A stretch of 64,000 nucleotides of DNA, from assembly GCA_965228475.1 (NCBI GenBank), contig OZ245817.1, positions 896,001-960,000 of the forward strand. The letters run 5' to 3'. Position numbers and translations under genes: made by a program. Shown here one piece after another: positions 8,613 through 17,743 of this stretch; position 1 is the stretch's first letter; the number at the start of each line of letters is the position of its first letter. This stretch comes from Myxococcota bacterium. Its GTDB lineage: Bacteria > Myxococcota_A > UBA9160 > JAFDDA01. The notes beneath the pieces are model-generated. The model saw nothing but the letters and a program-made list of their open reading frames with translations. It was not told where the DNA came from and ran no database searches.

Positions 8613-9913
8613 CCGGTGCTCGCGCCCATCGCCTCGAGCACGTTCGCGCGGTGGCCGAGCGTGTGGGCGATGCCCGAGAGCAGCGAGAACACCCGGCCGA
8701 CGAGCACGAAATCGCTCGGCACGCGCACGACCGGGTTCTCGCGGATCGCCTCGAAGAGCTCGTCGGTCATCTCCTCGGTGAACTCGCCCTCGAAGCGGCC
8801 CGTGTCGCTTCGGCTCATCATGCGGCGGGCGATGCCGACGAAGGTCGTGGTGTCGCCGCTCTTCGTCTCGAAGCCGAGCTCCTGGAAGGCGCGCACCATC
8901 GCCGCTTCGTTGAGCGTCATCATCGAGAACATCAGCTCGAACAGGCCGAGGCCGAAGCCCTCGGGGAGCTCCTTGGCGAGGCCGAAGTCGAGCAGGACGA
9001 GGCCGCCGTCCGGGCGCACGAAGAGGTTTCCCGGGTGCGGGTCCGCCTGGAAGAAGCCCTGGGCGAGGATCATGCGGACGTAGCTCGAGAGCAGGAGCTG
9101 CACGAGCTCGGCGCGGCCGACGCCCGCGGCGTCGAGCGCCTCGCGGTCCGTGATCTTCATGCCCTCCATGAGTTCCATCGTGAGCACGCGGCGGGAGCAC
9201 CATTCGCGGTGGATCTCGGGGACGTGGATGGCGGGGTCGTCGGCGAAGAGCTCGCGGACGCGGTCGGCGTTGTCGGCTTCGCGAACGAAGTCGAGCTCGA
9301 GGGCCAGGTGCTTCGTCAGTTCGTCGAGCAGGGGGAGGAGTTCCATCGGCTGCGGGTCGAAGTACTCGTAGACCCGGCAGGCGCGCCGCAGGTTCGCCAG
9401 GTCGTGGGGGACGAGCTGTTCGATCTCCGGGTACTGGACCTTCACGGCGACGGCGCGCCCGTCGTGGAGCCGCGCGCGATGCACCTGGGCGAGGGAAGCC
9501 GACGCGAGCGGCTTCGGGTCGAACTCGGCGTAGACCGCATCGAGGGGCTTGCCGAGTTCGCGCTCGACGACGGCGCGCACCGTCGCGAAGTCGCGCGGCG
9601 GAACGGCGTCGTGACACTGCTTCAGGATCTCGATGAAGGGCGGCGGAAAGACGTCCGCGCGCGTCGCGATCACCTGGCAGGCCTTGATCACGACGCCGCG
9701 CAGGGAGAGGGCGGTGGCCAGGGCCTCGCGGGCGGCCCGTTCGTGGGTGGCGTCGAGGTTCTCGGGCTCCGGCCGACGGAGCGCGCGCCGCGCGTACTCG
9801 GGAACCTTGTAGACGGCCCAGATCACGATGCCCGCGCGGGCGATTCGCACGGCGCGGCGGGCGCGCTCGAACAGACCGACGGGCGCGCCCGCCGGAACGG
9901 AGGGATCCGTCAC
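8609..9913 (-). CDS. ABC1/AarF/UbiB-family atypical kinase
   Basis: IKACQ (KxGQ-like), PLASASLAQVHRA, VAVKVQYP, FFQADPHPGN, LLDFG. GTG start overlaps the upstream TGA (GTGA). Confidence 0.9.
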   Translation of the reverse strand: MTDPSVPAGAPVGLFERARRAVRIARAGIVIWAVYKVPEYARRALRRPEPENLDATHERAAREALATALSLRGVVIKACQVIATRADVFPPPFIEILKQCHDAVPPRDFATVRAVVERELGKPLDAVYAEFDPKPLASASLAQVHRARLHDGRAVAVKVQYPEIEQLVPHDLANLRRACRVYEYFDPQPMELLPLLDELTKHLALELDFVREADNADRVRELFADDPAIHVPEIHREWCSRRVLTMELMEGMKITDREALDAAGVGRAELVQLLLSSYVRMILAQGFFQADPHPGNLFVRPDGGLVLLDFGLAKELPEGFGLGLFELMFSMMTLNEAAMVRAFQELGFETKSGDTTTFVGIARRMMSRSDTGRFEGEFTEEMTDELFEAIRENPVVRVPSDFVLVGRVFSLLSGIAHTLGHRANVLEAMGASTG

Positions 9914-11043
9914 GCGGCTTCCGGGGAGCCCGGCTCGCCGTCTCCGGCGCGTTCGCCGGGCTCGAAGCCCGTCGAGGCCGGCGGCGTCCACGGGCTCTCG
10001 AGGGCATCGAGCCGTTCGATCAGGTCCTGCCCCTTCCCGGCGCGCTCGATGGCGGCGGCGAGCCCCTCGCGCACGTCGCCGCGGTTCTCCTTCGGGCGCT
10101 GGGTCGTGAGCATCTTCAGGTTCGCGTGCATCAGGCGACGCACGGCGGTTTCGCCCGAGAGCGACTTGCCGTCGACGGTGCGGAGCGTCCGCGCGGCGAC
10201 CTCCGAGAGCGCGGTTCGCAGGTATTCGACGTGGGGCGACTCGTCGCTCCGGATGTAGGAAACCATCGCGCCGGCGCGCTCCGGCTCCGCCGAGGCCTCG
10301 GGGTCCGAGAGCAGGCGCTCGCCCCAGTCGAAGGTGCGCGCCGCGAAGATCTCGATGGCGAGGACGCCGGCCATGGTGCCGAGCATGCGCTCGAGCTCCG
10401 GCGCCAGCTCCGGCAGGAGCCGGGTGCGCTCCCGCTTCGCGCGTCGGCCCATGATGCGCATGAGGACGTCGCTCGGAACCTTCGGGTTCTCGAAGGCGAG
10501 ATCGCGCGCCGCTTCCCACATCTGCTTGTGGCCGCCCTCGTCGCGGTGCCCGGCTTCGTCCCGGGCGTGGGCTTCGAAGAGCCCGCGGTCGAGGTGGGCG
10601 AGGGCGGTCCCTTCGATGGGTTCGACGAGATGCTCGCGCAGCGGCGGAACCGGAACGTCGCGGATGATGGCGCCGAAGCCCTCGACGATCGAGATGATCG
10701 TGAGCGCCCGGACGATCGGCTCCGTCACCCCTTCGGAGATCAGCAGCTTGGCCTGCTCGACGCTCGGGTACTGCGGCGGCATCAGGCCCGGTGCGACTTC
10801 GAGCAGCGCGTGGCCGTCGCGCTCGAGCTGCGCCTGCCAGGCGCGGATCGCGGGCACGCGGTGGGCGGTGCGGGGGGAGCGGTAGGTCCCCGCCTCGTCG
10901 AAGCCGCCGTGGCAGCGGATCTCGCCTGCGAACAGCGGCGCTTCGTATCCGCCGCTGTCGAGAAGTTCGTTCGCTTCGTACTCGGTCCGGTCGTCGAACG
11001 AGTTCTCTGTTTCGTACTCGGTCCGGTCGTCCATGTCGTCCAT
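9910..11043 (-). CDS. Uncharacterised ferritin-like (diiron carboxylate) protein
   Basis: Paired E...DExxH pattern: IVEG...RDEAGH and IEIF...SDESPH. ATG overlaps the yqgE TGA (TGATG). Confidence 0.65.
   Translation of the reverse strand: MDDMDDRTEYETENSFDDRTEYEANELLDSGGYEAPLFAGEIRCHGGFDEAGTYRSPRTAHRVPAIRAWQAQLERDGHALLEVAPGLMPPQYPSVEQAKLLISEGVTEPIVRALTIISIVEGFGAIIRDVPVPPLREHLVEPIEGTALAHLDRGLFEAHARDEAGHRDEGGHKQMWEAARDLAFENPKVPSDVLMRIMGRRAKRERTRLLPELAPELERMLGTMAGVLAIEIFAARTFDWGERLLSDPEASAEPERAGAMVSYIRSDESPHVEYLRTALSEVAARTLRTVDGKSLSGETAVRRLMHANLKMLTTQRPKENRGDVREGLAAAIERAGKGQDLIERLDALESPWTPPASTGFEPGERAGDGEPGSPEAA
10975..11031. repeat. 21-bp direct repeat (period 36) duplicating DDRTEYE at the ferritin-like protein N-terminus
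   Basis: ttcgtactcggtccggtcgtc at 10975-10995 and 11011-11031. Confidence 0.9.
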
Positions 11044-11618
11044 CAGTGAACTCCTGGGGTGGCGACGAGGCTGCTCGGGTCGACCCCGAGGCCGCGGACC
11101 ACGTGTTCCCACATGTCGTCGGGCGCGACGCGAAAGACGGAATCGGCGCAGAGCGGCGCCAACAGCCAGGCGCCCTCGGCAAGCTCGTCCTCGAGCTGGT
11201 GCGGCCCCCAGCCGGAGTAGCCGAGCATCATGCGCAGGGGCTCGGGCGGGGAGGGGGCGAGGCCGCGGAGCGTTTCGAGGGAGCCACACACGGCGATCCC
11301 CGGTGCGAGCCGGTTCACCCCTCCTTCGGGGTCGGCGATGCGCGCCTCCGGGATCGAGCGGTCGTCGAAGACCACCCAGCCCGTGTCGGGCTGGACCGGG
11401 CCGCCGAGACAGAGGCGCTCCTCGGCGTCGCCGTTCCAGGTGATCTCGAGGTCTTCACAGAGGGTGCGGATCGGGATCTCGGTCGGGCGGTTCACGACCA
11501 GGCCGAAGGTGCCTTCGTCGTCGTGATGGATCAGCAGGACGACCGAACGCTTGAAATTCGGGTCGAGGAGCTGCGGCATGGCCACCAACAGGGCCGGTGC
11601 GAGCGAGGGCCCGGACAC
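11043..11618 (-). CDS. yqgE: YqgE/AlgH (UPF0301) family protein
   Basis: LLVAMPQLLDPNFKRSVVL, GLVVNRP, GGPVQ, GYSGWGPHQLEDEL. GTG start 6 nt after a TACCCT -10 box. Confidence 0.92.
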   Translation of the reverse strand: MSGPSLAPALLVAMPQLLDPNFKRSVVLLIHHDDEGTFGLVVNRPTEIPIRTLCEDLEITWNGDAEERLCLGGPVQPDTGWVVFDDRSIPEARIADPEGGVNRLAPGIAVCGSLETLRGLAPSPPEPLRMMLGYSGWGPHQLEDELAEGAWLLAPLCADSVFRVAPDDMWEHVVRGLGVDPSSLVATPGVH

Positions 11619-11671
11619 ATCGGAAGGGTAGCAGCCCCCGTCCGCGTGGCCGGATCCACTACGCTGCGGCC

Positions 11672-12550
11672 ATGGACGATCCCCGCGCGAGCGCCCCGGG
11701 GCCGGACGGCGCCGAGCCGACCGGCACCGCCTTCGCCCCGCGCGTGGCCGAGGCCGCGGCCTGGTTGGCGGCCGCTTTCGCCTTCTTCCTCGCGGGCTCC
11801 CGCATGCCGCGCGGCGGACCCGAAGCGATGGCCTGGGTCGCGGGCGCGACCTCGGCCGGCCTGCTGTGCTTCGCCCTGTTCGGGGCGGCCCTCTCGAATC
11901 GCTCGAAGGCCGTCCGGCTCGGTTGGACGCCCTCGGGCCTCGCACCGGCGGTCCAGGCGGGCCTCGTCCTCGGCCTGCTCGCGGCGAGCCAGCTCGTCGA
12001 CTGGACGATCGCGCTCGCGGGACTGCGCGAGGTCGGGACGCTCGCCGAGTTCCGGGAGGAGGTCGCGGGCGTTTCCGGGTGGACCTTCCTGGCCTGTCTC
12101 GTCGGCCTGGCCGTACTCCCGGGTTTCGGGGAAGAGCTCGCCCTGCGCGGATTCCTCCAGCGCGGGCTCGCGCCGCACCTCGGCGCGCCCGCCGCGGTGG
12201 CCGTGGCCTCCGCGCTCTTCGCGGCCCTCCATGCGGACTGGATCCATTCTGCAGGGGCCTTCGTGCTCGGCCTCTATCTCGGCGCGGTGACGGCGCTCGC
12301 CGGGAGCGTGCGGCCGGCGATCCTCTGCCATCTGGTGAACAACCTGATCGCCACGACGAGCGTCGCCACGGGCTTCCACGCCCTCGGCCCGGCGCTGGTC
12401 GTGTCCGGCCTCCTCGCGGGCCCCTGGGCCTTTCGGCGCCTGACGTTGCACGCGCGAGCTGCGCGTCGCGTGAGCGAAGCTGCGTTCCGGCCGCTCGACC
12501 GAACCCCCGACGCGCCCTCGGGTGGAGCCCCGGGGTCGCCGCCCGTCTGA
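11672..12550 (+). CDS. CPBP (CAAX protease-like) intramembrane glutamic endopeptidase
   Basis: EELALRG, FAALH and HLVNN motifs, multiple TM helices. Start 6 nt after TACGCT. Confidence 0.88.
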   Translation: MDDPRASAPGPDGAEPTGTAFAPRVAEAAAWLAAAFAFFLAGSRMPRGGPEAMAWVAGATSAGLLCFALFGAALSNRSKAVRLGWTPSGLAPAVQAGLVLGLLAASQLVDWTIALAGLREVGTLAEFREEVAGVSGWTFLACLVGLAVLPGFGEELALRGFLQRGLAPHLGAPAAVAVASALFAALHADWIHSAGAFVLGLYLGAVTALAGSVRPAILCHLVNNLIATTSVATGFHALGPALVVSGLLAGPWAFRRLTLHARAARRVSEAAFRPLDRTPDAPSGGAPGSPPV

Positions 12551-12563
12551 CGCACGCCGAGGT

Positions 12564-12590
12564 TCACCCGGGCCGCGATTCGGTCGATGC
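12564..12590 (+). promoter_or_regulatory. Putative sigma28-like promoter for the PilZ gene
   Basis: TCAC-N15-GTCGATGC versus the FliA/SigD consensus TAAA-N15/16-GCCGATAA. Confidence 0.35.
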
Positions 12591-12648
12591 AGCGGAGAGG
12601 ATGCCTCCTCACGTTTCGAGGAAGGCCTCCGCGCGAAAGGCCGAACCC

Positions 12649-13725
12649 ATGTCCTTCCCTCCCTCCGTATTGATGCTCGACGACGGCGAACTCGGTGACG
12701 TCCGCCGCCTGCTCGAAGACCTCGGCGTCGACTTCGTCCACCTGCGGGGCGCGGCCATCAGCGACGGCCTCGAAGCGCCGCGCGATCTCCTGCTGACGAC
12801 CTCCCGCCGGGCCCAGACCATTCCGCGCAGCGCGGCGGGCCCCGTCCGCGTGGTGGTGGCGAGCGAGGACGCCGAGACCCTGCGCGAGCGCCTGCGCAAG
12901 GACGGCGTCGACTTCATGGTGCGGCGCCCCGTCCATTCCGAAGCGCTCCGCCTGCTGGTGCTGCGGGCGCTCTACCGCGGCCCCGAGAAGCGCCGCGCGA
13001 TCCGCGTTCCCTTCGGCGTGCCGGTCCTGTGCCGGATCGACGGCTCGCGCAGCGAAGCCGTGCTCGCGGAGCTCTCGACCGGCGGCTGCCGCCTGCTCCT
13101 GCCGACGCCCTGTGCCGTCGGAAGCGAAGTCGAGGTGAACGTCCCGGCGGAGGCCGATGGCGAGGCGCCCCTGGTGCTCACGGGCACCGTCCTGCGCGCC
13201 CACGACGATCCCCACGAGACCTCGGTGGCGCTCGCGTTCCCGGAGTTCGATGCGGACACGGAGGCGGGCCTCGCACGGGCCCTGCTGCGCCGCGCGGTGG
13301 CGAGCCCGGAGGGCGGGGTGAGCGAAACCGCCAGCGACGAAGAGCGCCGCAGCCACGCGCGGCGCCCCTTCGAGACGACCGTGACGGACCTGACGCGTGA
13401 GGCGAGCCGCGCGCTCGTCGGCCGCGACATCTCGCTCGGCGGCATGCGCATCGACGCGCACCCGGAACTCAAGGTCGGCGACGTGCTGACCCTGGCGGTC
13501 TACGGGAACACGGACGGCCCGCCCCTCGAGGTGAAGGCCGAAGTCGCCCGCGATGATGGGGAAGAAGGGCTCGGTCTCGTCTTCCGGGACGTCTCGGCCG
13601 ACGCCGCGCAGCGCCTGGAAGCGTTGGTGCTCGCCATGCCGAGCATCGAGCCCCTGGCCGACGGGGAGGCCGCCGCCATGGGCGCCGTCCTCTCCCGCAT
13701 CCTGCCCGATCGCGAAGAGGGCTAG
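12649..13725 (+). CDS. Tandem PilZ-domain protein with degenerate receiver-like N-terminus
   Basis: Two RxxxR...(D/E)(I/L)SxGG motifs: EKRRAIR...ELSTGG and ERRSHAR...DISLGG. Confidence 0.88.
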   Translation: MSFPPSVLMLDDGELGDVRRLLEDLGVDFVHLRGAAISDGLEAPRDLLLTTSRRAQTIPRSAAGPVRVVVASEDAETLRERLRKDGVDFMVRRPVHSEALRLLVLRALYRGPEKRRAIRVPFGVPVLCRIDGSRSEAVLAELSTGGCRLLLPTPCAVGSEVEVNVPAEADGEAPLVLTGTVLRAHDDPHETSVALAFPEFDADTEAGLARALLRRAVASPEGGVSETASDEERRSHARRPFETTVTDLTREASRALVGRDISLGGMRIDAHPELKVGDVLTLAVYGNTDGPPLEVKAEVARDDGEEGLGLVFRDVSADAAQRLEALVLAMPSIEPLADGEAAAMGAVLSRILPDREEG

Positions 13726-13759
13726 CGCTTCCCGAAACGAAGGCCCTGGGTGTGCGGCG

Positions 13760-13864
13760 CTAGCCCTGTTCCTTGGCCGCCGCCTTCTTGCGCTTCAGCC
13801 GGCGCTTGCGCTTGTGGGACCAACGGGTGCGCTTGATCTTCTGCTTGTTCTTGCTGCGAGCCAT
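13760..13864 (-). CDS. Small Lys/Arg-rich protein (34 aa)
   Basis: MARSKNKQKIKRTRWSHKRKRRLKRKKAAAKEQG, strong GAGGAGG RBS, GC3-rich codons (AAG/CGC). Confidence 0.75.
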   Translation of the reverse strand: MARSKNKQKIKRTRWSHKRKRRLKRKKAAAKEQG

Positions 13865-13917
13865 GAATCCTCCTCGCCGCGCCGATGCGCCACGATGTTT
13901 CGTGTCTTCGGGCCGCG

Positions 13918-14475
13918 CTAGAGCGCGACGACTTCCTGGATCTCCGGAATCTCCTGCCGCAGCCGCTCTTCGATGCCCATCTTGAGCGTCATCGTCGAGC
14001 TCGGGCAGCCGGCGCAGGAGCCCTGGAGGTAGACCTCGACCCGGCCGTCCTGGTAGCCGGCGAAGATGATGTCGCCCCCGTCCTGGGCGACGGCGGGCCG
14101 GACCTCGCTTTCGAGGATCTCGCGGATGCGGTCGGCGACCTCGCCGCCCGGTCCGCTCTCCGAGGGTTCCCATTCGGGCCCGAGCGCGGGGACCTCGGCC
14201 GCCACGTGGGCCTTGATCGCGTCCACGACGAACTGGGCGAGATCCGCCCAGTCGAGCTCCTCGCGCTTGGTGACCGTGACGAAGTTGCCCGCGACGAAGA
14301 CGCCCTCGACGCCGTCGACGGCGAACAGGCGGGAGGCCAGCGGCGAGACGCCCTCGGAGACCGGCTCGTCGAAATACGCACCGCCGGCACCTTCCACGAG
14401 CGGCTGACCGAGTACCCACTTCACGCTGTTCGGGTTCGGCGTGCGCTCCGCGTGCATCCGGAATCCGAGATCCAT
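13918..14475 (-). CDS. NifU/Nfu-type Fe-S cluster carrier (Nfu_N plus NifU_C)
   Basis: TPNPNSVKW, VRPAVAQDGGDI, LQGSCAGCPSSTMTLKMGIE. Confidence 0.93.
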   Translation of the reverse strand: MDLGFRMHAERTPNPNSVKWVLGQPLVEGAGGAYFDEPVSEGVSPLASRLFAVDGVEGVFVAGNFVTVTKREELDWADLAQFVVDAIKAHVAAEVPALGPEWEPSESGPGGEVADRIREILESEVRPAVAQDGGDIIFAGYQDGRVEVYLQGSCAGCPSSTMTLKMGIEERLRQEIPEIQEVVAL

Positions 14476-14518
14476 CGCCTCTCCTCGCGCCCCGTCCAGT
14501 CGGAGCCCAGGGAGGGTA

Positions 14519-15391
14519 TCAGCCCGACAGGGCCGCGGACAGGAGCGTGTCCGAGGATTCCGCGGCCGCGACGACCTCGACGGTCAGCTCGCTGACCTTG
14601 CCCTCTTCGACGCCCAGGGCTTCGAGAGCGGCGGCGTCCCGGGGTTCGGGCTCGGCCGGAGAGCAGCGCCCGTTCTGGCCCAACACGAAATCGGCGGCGG
14701 CGACGACCAGCACGAAGTCCCGGCCGTCCTCGGGCGCGCCGCTCGCGCGGTGGTGGTGCTCGGCGGCTGCGGCGACCTCGAGCGGCAGGCCCCAGCGGCG
14801 GATGAGCGCCGCCCCGGCCTGCTGGTGGTCGGCCCCGAGCCGTTCGAGCTCCACCTCGTGGAGGACCTGTCCCTTGGCGCGCGCCTCGGAGACGAGCTCC
14901 GTGAACTCGTCGCCGAGGTGCTGGAGGAAGAGCAGGCTTCCGACGTCGTGGAGCAGCCCGGCCAGGAAGTAGGGGTTGTCGCGCGGGTTCCGCGGCGCCT
15001 GGATGCCCGGGACGCACTGGGCAACGGCTCCCGCGGCGACCGCGCTCGAGAAGCTGTGGCGCCAGAACTCGCCGAAGTCGAGCCCTTCGAGCCCGTCGAA
15101 GGTCCGAACCACGCCGATCGAGACGACGATGTTCCGCACGCTGCGCAGGCCGATCCGGCCGATGGCCTCGTGGATCGAGGTGGTCGAGAGCCCGCAGGCG
15201 TTGAACATCACGCTGTTCGCCATGCGCAGGATCTGTCCCGTGAGCGCCGGGTCCTGGGCGATCAGGTTCGCCACGGTTTCGACGTCGACGTCGTCCGCGT
15301 CGAGCGCCTGCATCACGCGGGTCACCACCTCCGGGAGCGTCGGCAGGGCGTCGACCTCGGTGAGTTCCTTCATGATGTCGCGGTCCGCCAA
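14519..15391 (-). CDS. HDOD-domain protein
   Basis: LPTLPEV, QDPALTGQILRMANS, FWRHS, LAGLLHDVG, RWGLP, HHH. Start TTG 15391 or ATG 15373. Confidence 0.92.
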   Translation of the reverse strand: MADRDIMKELTEVDALPTLPEVVTRVMQALDADDVDVETVANLIAQDPALTGQILRMANSVMFNACGLSTTSIHEAIGRIGLRSVRNIVVSIGVVRTFDGLEGLDFGEFWRHSFSSAVAAGAVAQCVPGIQAPRNPRDNPYFLAGLLHDVGSLLFLQHLGDEFTELVSEARAKGQVLHEVELERLGADHQQAGAALIRRWGLPLEVAAAAEHHHRASGAPEDGRDFVLVVAAADFVLGQNGRCSPAEPEPRDAAALEALGVEEGKVSELTVEVVAAAESSDTLLSAALSG

Positions 15392-15443
15392 CGCAGGGTC
15401 CCCCGGACCCGTGCCGGAATTGGCGCGCGCGGTCCTATCCCCC

Positions 15444-15471
15444 GTTTCGAGTCATTGGGCGCGCGACTTGA
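15444..15471 (-). promoter_or_regulatory. Putative sigma28-like promoter for the HDOD gene
   Basis: Minus strand TCAA-N16-CTCGAAAC. Confidence 0.35.
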
Positions 15472-15507
15472 GAAATCTCGATGCATGGCCCCAGGCGGGG
15501 CAGGGTT

Positions 15508-16266
15508 TCACCCGAGGAGCTGCGAGAGGTCTTCCGGCCGGCAGACCCGGAAGCCGCGCTCGCGCGCCAGGGCGTGCTCGCGTTCGCCGTTGTAGCCCCA
15601 GGCGGCGAGTCCGCAGCGCACGCCGAGCGGCGCCACGGCGTCGAGGTGGTTCAGCTTGTCGTCGATGAAGGCGATGGCTTCGAAGCGCGTGCCGGTCCGT
15701 TCGGCGAGGGCCGTGAGGTGCCGCGACTTGTCCTTGCCGGTCTCCTTGTCGAGCACGCGCTCTTCCGGGAAGAGCGGGCCCAGCCCGTAGTGGTCGAGCA
15801 CGGTGCGCACGGTCCGGCGGTCCTTGGCCGTGGCGATCGCCAGCGTGACCCGCTGCGAGAGGCCAGGGAGCGCCGAGACGACCTCGGCGTAGGGGCGCAT
15901 GCCGTCGAGCCAGGCCTCCGGGTCTGCCTCGGCGAGCCGCGCGCGCTCGCGGTAGAAGCGCTCGTGAAAGGCTTCGAGCCACGCGCTCGGCAGGCCGTCG
16001 CGGAAGGCGTCGTAGGCCTCCTGGGTTTCGACCGCGGCGCCCCGCTCGAGGATCTTCAGGGCGATCCCGAAGTCTTCCGCGCGGTTGCCGAGCGGCATCA
16101 GGGGCAGGAACGCCTCGCGGAGCGCCTCGGGGCTTCCGGTGTCGAGGGGAGAGTCCGGCTCGAGCTGGCGCCAGGTCGCGCAGGCCACCGCGAGGCACTC
16201 GCGCAGGCTGTCGGAGACCACGCCGTCGAAGTCGAGGGCGAGCAGTTCGATGGCGGGCCGATCCAT
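15508..16266 (-). CDS. HAD-superfamily hydrolase
   Basis: Motif I DFDGVVSDS, IATAK, FIDDK, WGYN. Confidence 0.88.
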   Translation of the reverse strand: MDRPAIELLALDFDGVVSDSLRECLAVACATWRQLEPDSPLDTGSPEALREAFLPLMPLGNRAEDFGIALKILERGAAVETQEAYDAFRDGLPSAWLEAFHERFYRERARLAEADPEAWLDGMRPYAEVVSALPGLSQRVTLAIATAKDRRTVRTVLDHYGLGPLFPEERVLDKETGKDKSRHLTALAERTGTRFEAIAFIDDKLNHLDAVAPLGVRCGLAAWGYNGEREHALARERGFRVCRPEDLSQLLG

Positions 16267-16372
16267 GCCCGCTTCCATAGCACGGACGCCGGGCGCGGCC
16301 GGCGTGCGAGGGCTCTCGCGAAGCCCGACATCCGCCGCCCGGACGGCCTCGGAAGCGGTATCCTCGCCGCCC

Positions 16373-17341
16373 GTGACCCGACGCTGGCGGCACGTGCTCC
16401 CTTGGCTGATCTCGGCTGGACTTCTGGTCTACGTCTTCGGTTGGGCGACGGATTGGGCGAGCCTTCGCCGGGCGCTCTCGAACGCCGACGTCCCCGCCTT
16501 CCTCTTCTTCACGACCCTCGACCGCCTGGTCTACTTCGCCGTCTGGACCGTGATCACCGCGGCGGCCATGCGCCGCTTCGCCGCCGACGTCTCGACCTCC
16601 TCGGTCTTCGCGATCCGCGGCGGTGCCGAGCTCTTCCGCACCGTCAGCAATCCCCTCGCCGACGGGGTCACCCTCGTCGGGCTCGGGCAGCTCTGCGGCG
16701 GCCGCCTCGACGTCGTGGTCGCGGCGGCCCTCGTCCCCGCGGTCTGCCACCTGTTCGTGATGCTGGTGCAGGTGACCCTGGCCCTGGCCTTCCTCGAGGG
16801 CGGGCTCGGAGGCAACCAGGACGTCGCCATCACGGCCGGCATCCTGTGGGTCGTGGTGATCGGCGGCGCGATCGCCGTCCGCTACTCGCGTTCGCACGAG
16901 GTGCCGGGCCTCGGCCGCGTGACGGACTTCCTCGAGCGCTTCCCCCTGCGCACGATCGCCCCGTTCCTGCTCGCCTTCGTGGGCGTCACGATCTTCGACG
17001 TGATGATCCAGGGCGCCGCGACGCGGGCCTTCAACACGCCGATCGAGTGGACGGCGCTGATGGCCCGCATCCCGCTGCTCTACCTGGCCCTGGTGGTTCC
17101 TTCGCTCGGCAACTTCGGAACCCGCGAGCTGGCCTGGGCCGAGCTCTTCGAGGGCGCTGCCCCGCGCGACGAACTGATCGCCTTCGCCCTCGCGACGAAC
17201 GGGATCTTCCTGGTGCTGAACCTCGGCCTCGGCCTGGTCTTCCTGCCGAAGGCGCTCGCCCTCGTGCGGGAGTTCCGCCGCCAGCGAAAGGCCGGAGAGA
17301 AGGTCCCGGAGCCGATCCTGCACGACCCGGTCGACTCCTAG
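16373..17341 (+). CDS. Lysylphosphatidylglycerol-synthase-TM / flippase-like membrane protein
   Basis: Multi-TM, N-terminal LPWLISAGLL, C-terminal PSLGNFGTRE motif. Start 8 nt after TATCCT. Confidence 0.6.
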   Translation: MTRRWRHVLPWLISAGLLVYVFGWATDWASLRRALSNADVPAFLFFTTLDRLVYFAVWTVITAAAMRRFAADVSTSSVFAIRGGAELFRTVSNPLADGVTLVGLGQLCGGRLDVVVAAALVPAVCHLFVMLVQVTLALAFLEGGLGGNQDVAITAGILWVVVIGGAIAVRYSRSHEVPGLGRVTDFLERFPLRTIAPFLLAFVGVTIFDVMIQGAATRAFNTPIEWTALMARIPLLYLALVVPSLGNFGTRELAWAELFEGAAPRDELIAFALATNGIFLVLNLGLGLVFLPKALALVREFRRQRKAGEKVPEPILHDPVDS

Positions 17342-17363
17342 CCCGGACGCGAGCCTGCCGGCG

Positions 17364-17669
17364 CTATGCCGTGGCGGGCTCGTCCTTGGCGGCCCGGTGC
17401 ACCAGGTAGGCGAGGGCGCCGATCGAACCCGCGGCGAGGGTCAGCACCAGGTAGGGGAGGGCGGGCAGGCCCCGCTCGCGCGCGTCGCGGACCATCCAGA
17501 ACAGGAAGAGAACCAGCGCGATCACGAGGTCCACGAAGAGCTGCCCCGCCCAGGGTTCGGCCAGGATCAGCGTGGGGACGGCCGCAAGGCCCTGGTCGAG
17601 GACGACCCCGACGGTGTAGGCGGTGAACGCGACGAGTGCGGCCAGCAGGATCCAGAACTGGGACTTCAT
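17364..17669 (-). CDS. Small membrane protein (DUF2834-like)
   Basis: Three TM helices, FVDLVIAL...WMVRDAR...GSIGALAYL; GGAGG RBS. Confidence 0.6.
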   Translation of the reverse strand: MKSQFWILLAALVAFTAYTVGVVLDQGLAAVPTLILAEPWAGQLFVDLVIALVLFLFWMVRDARERGLPALPYLVLTLAAGSIGALAYLVHRAAKDEPATA

Positions 17670-17743
17670 GGAGCCCTCCCTTCGCGCCCGATCTTGCCCG
17701 GAATCGGGCCGCGGGTCCACGCGGTTCGTTCCCGGTGGGGCGG

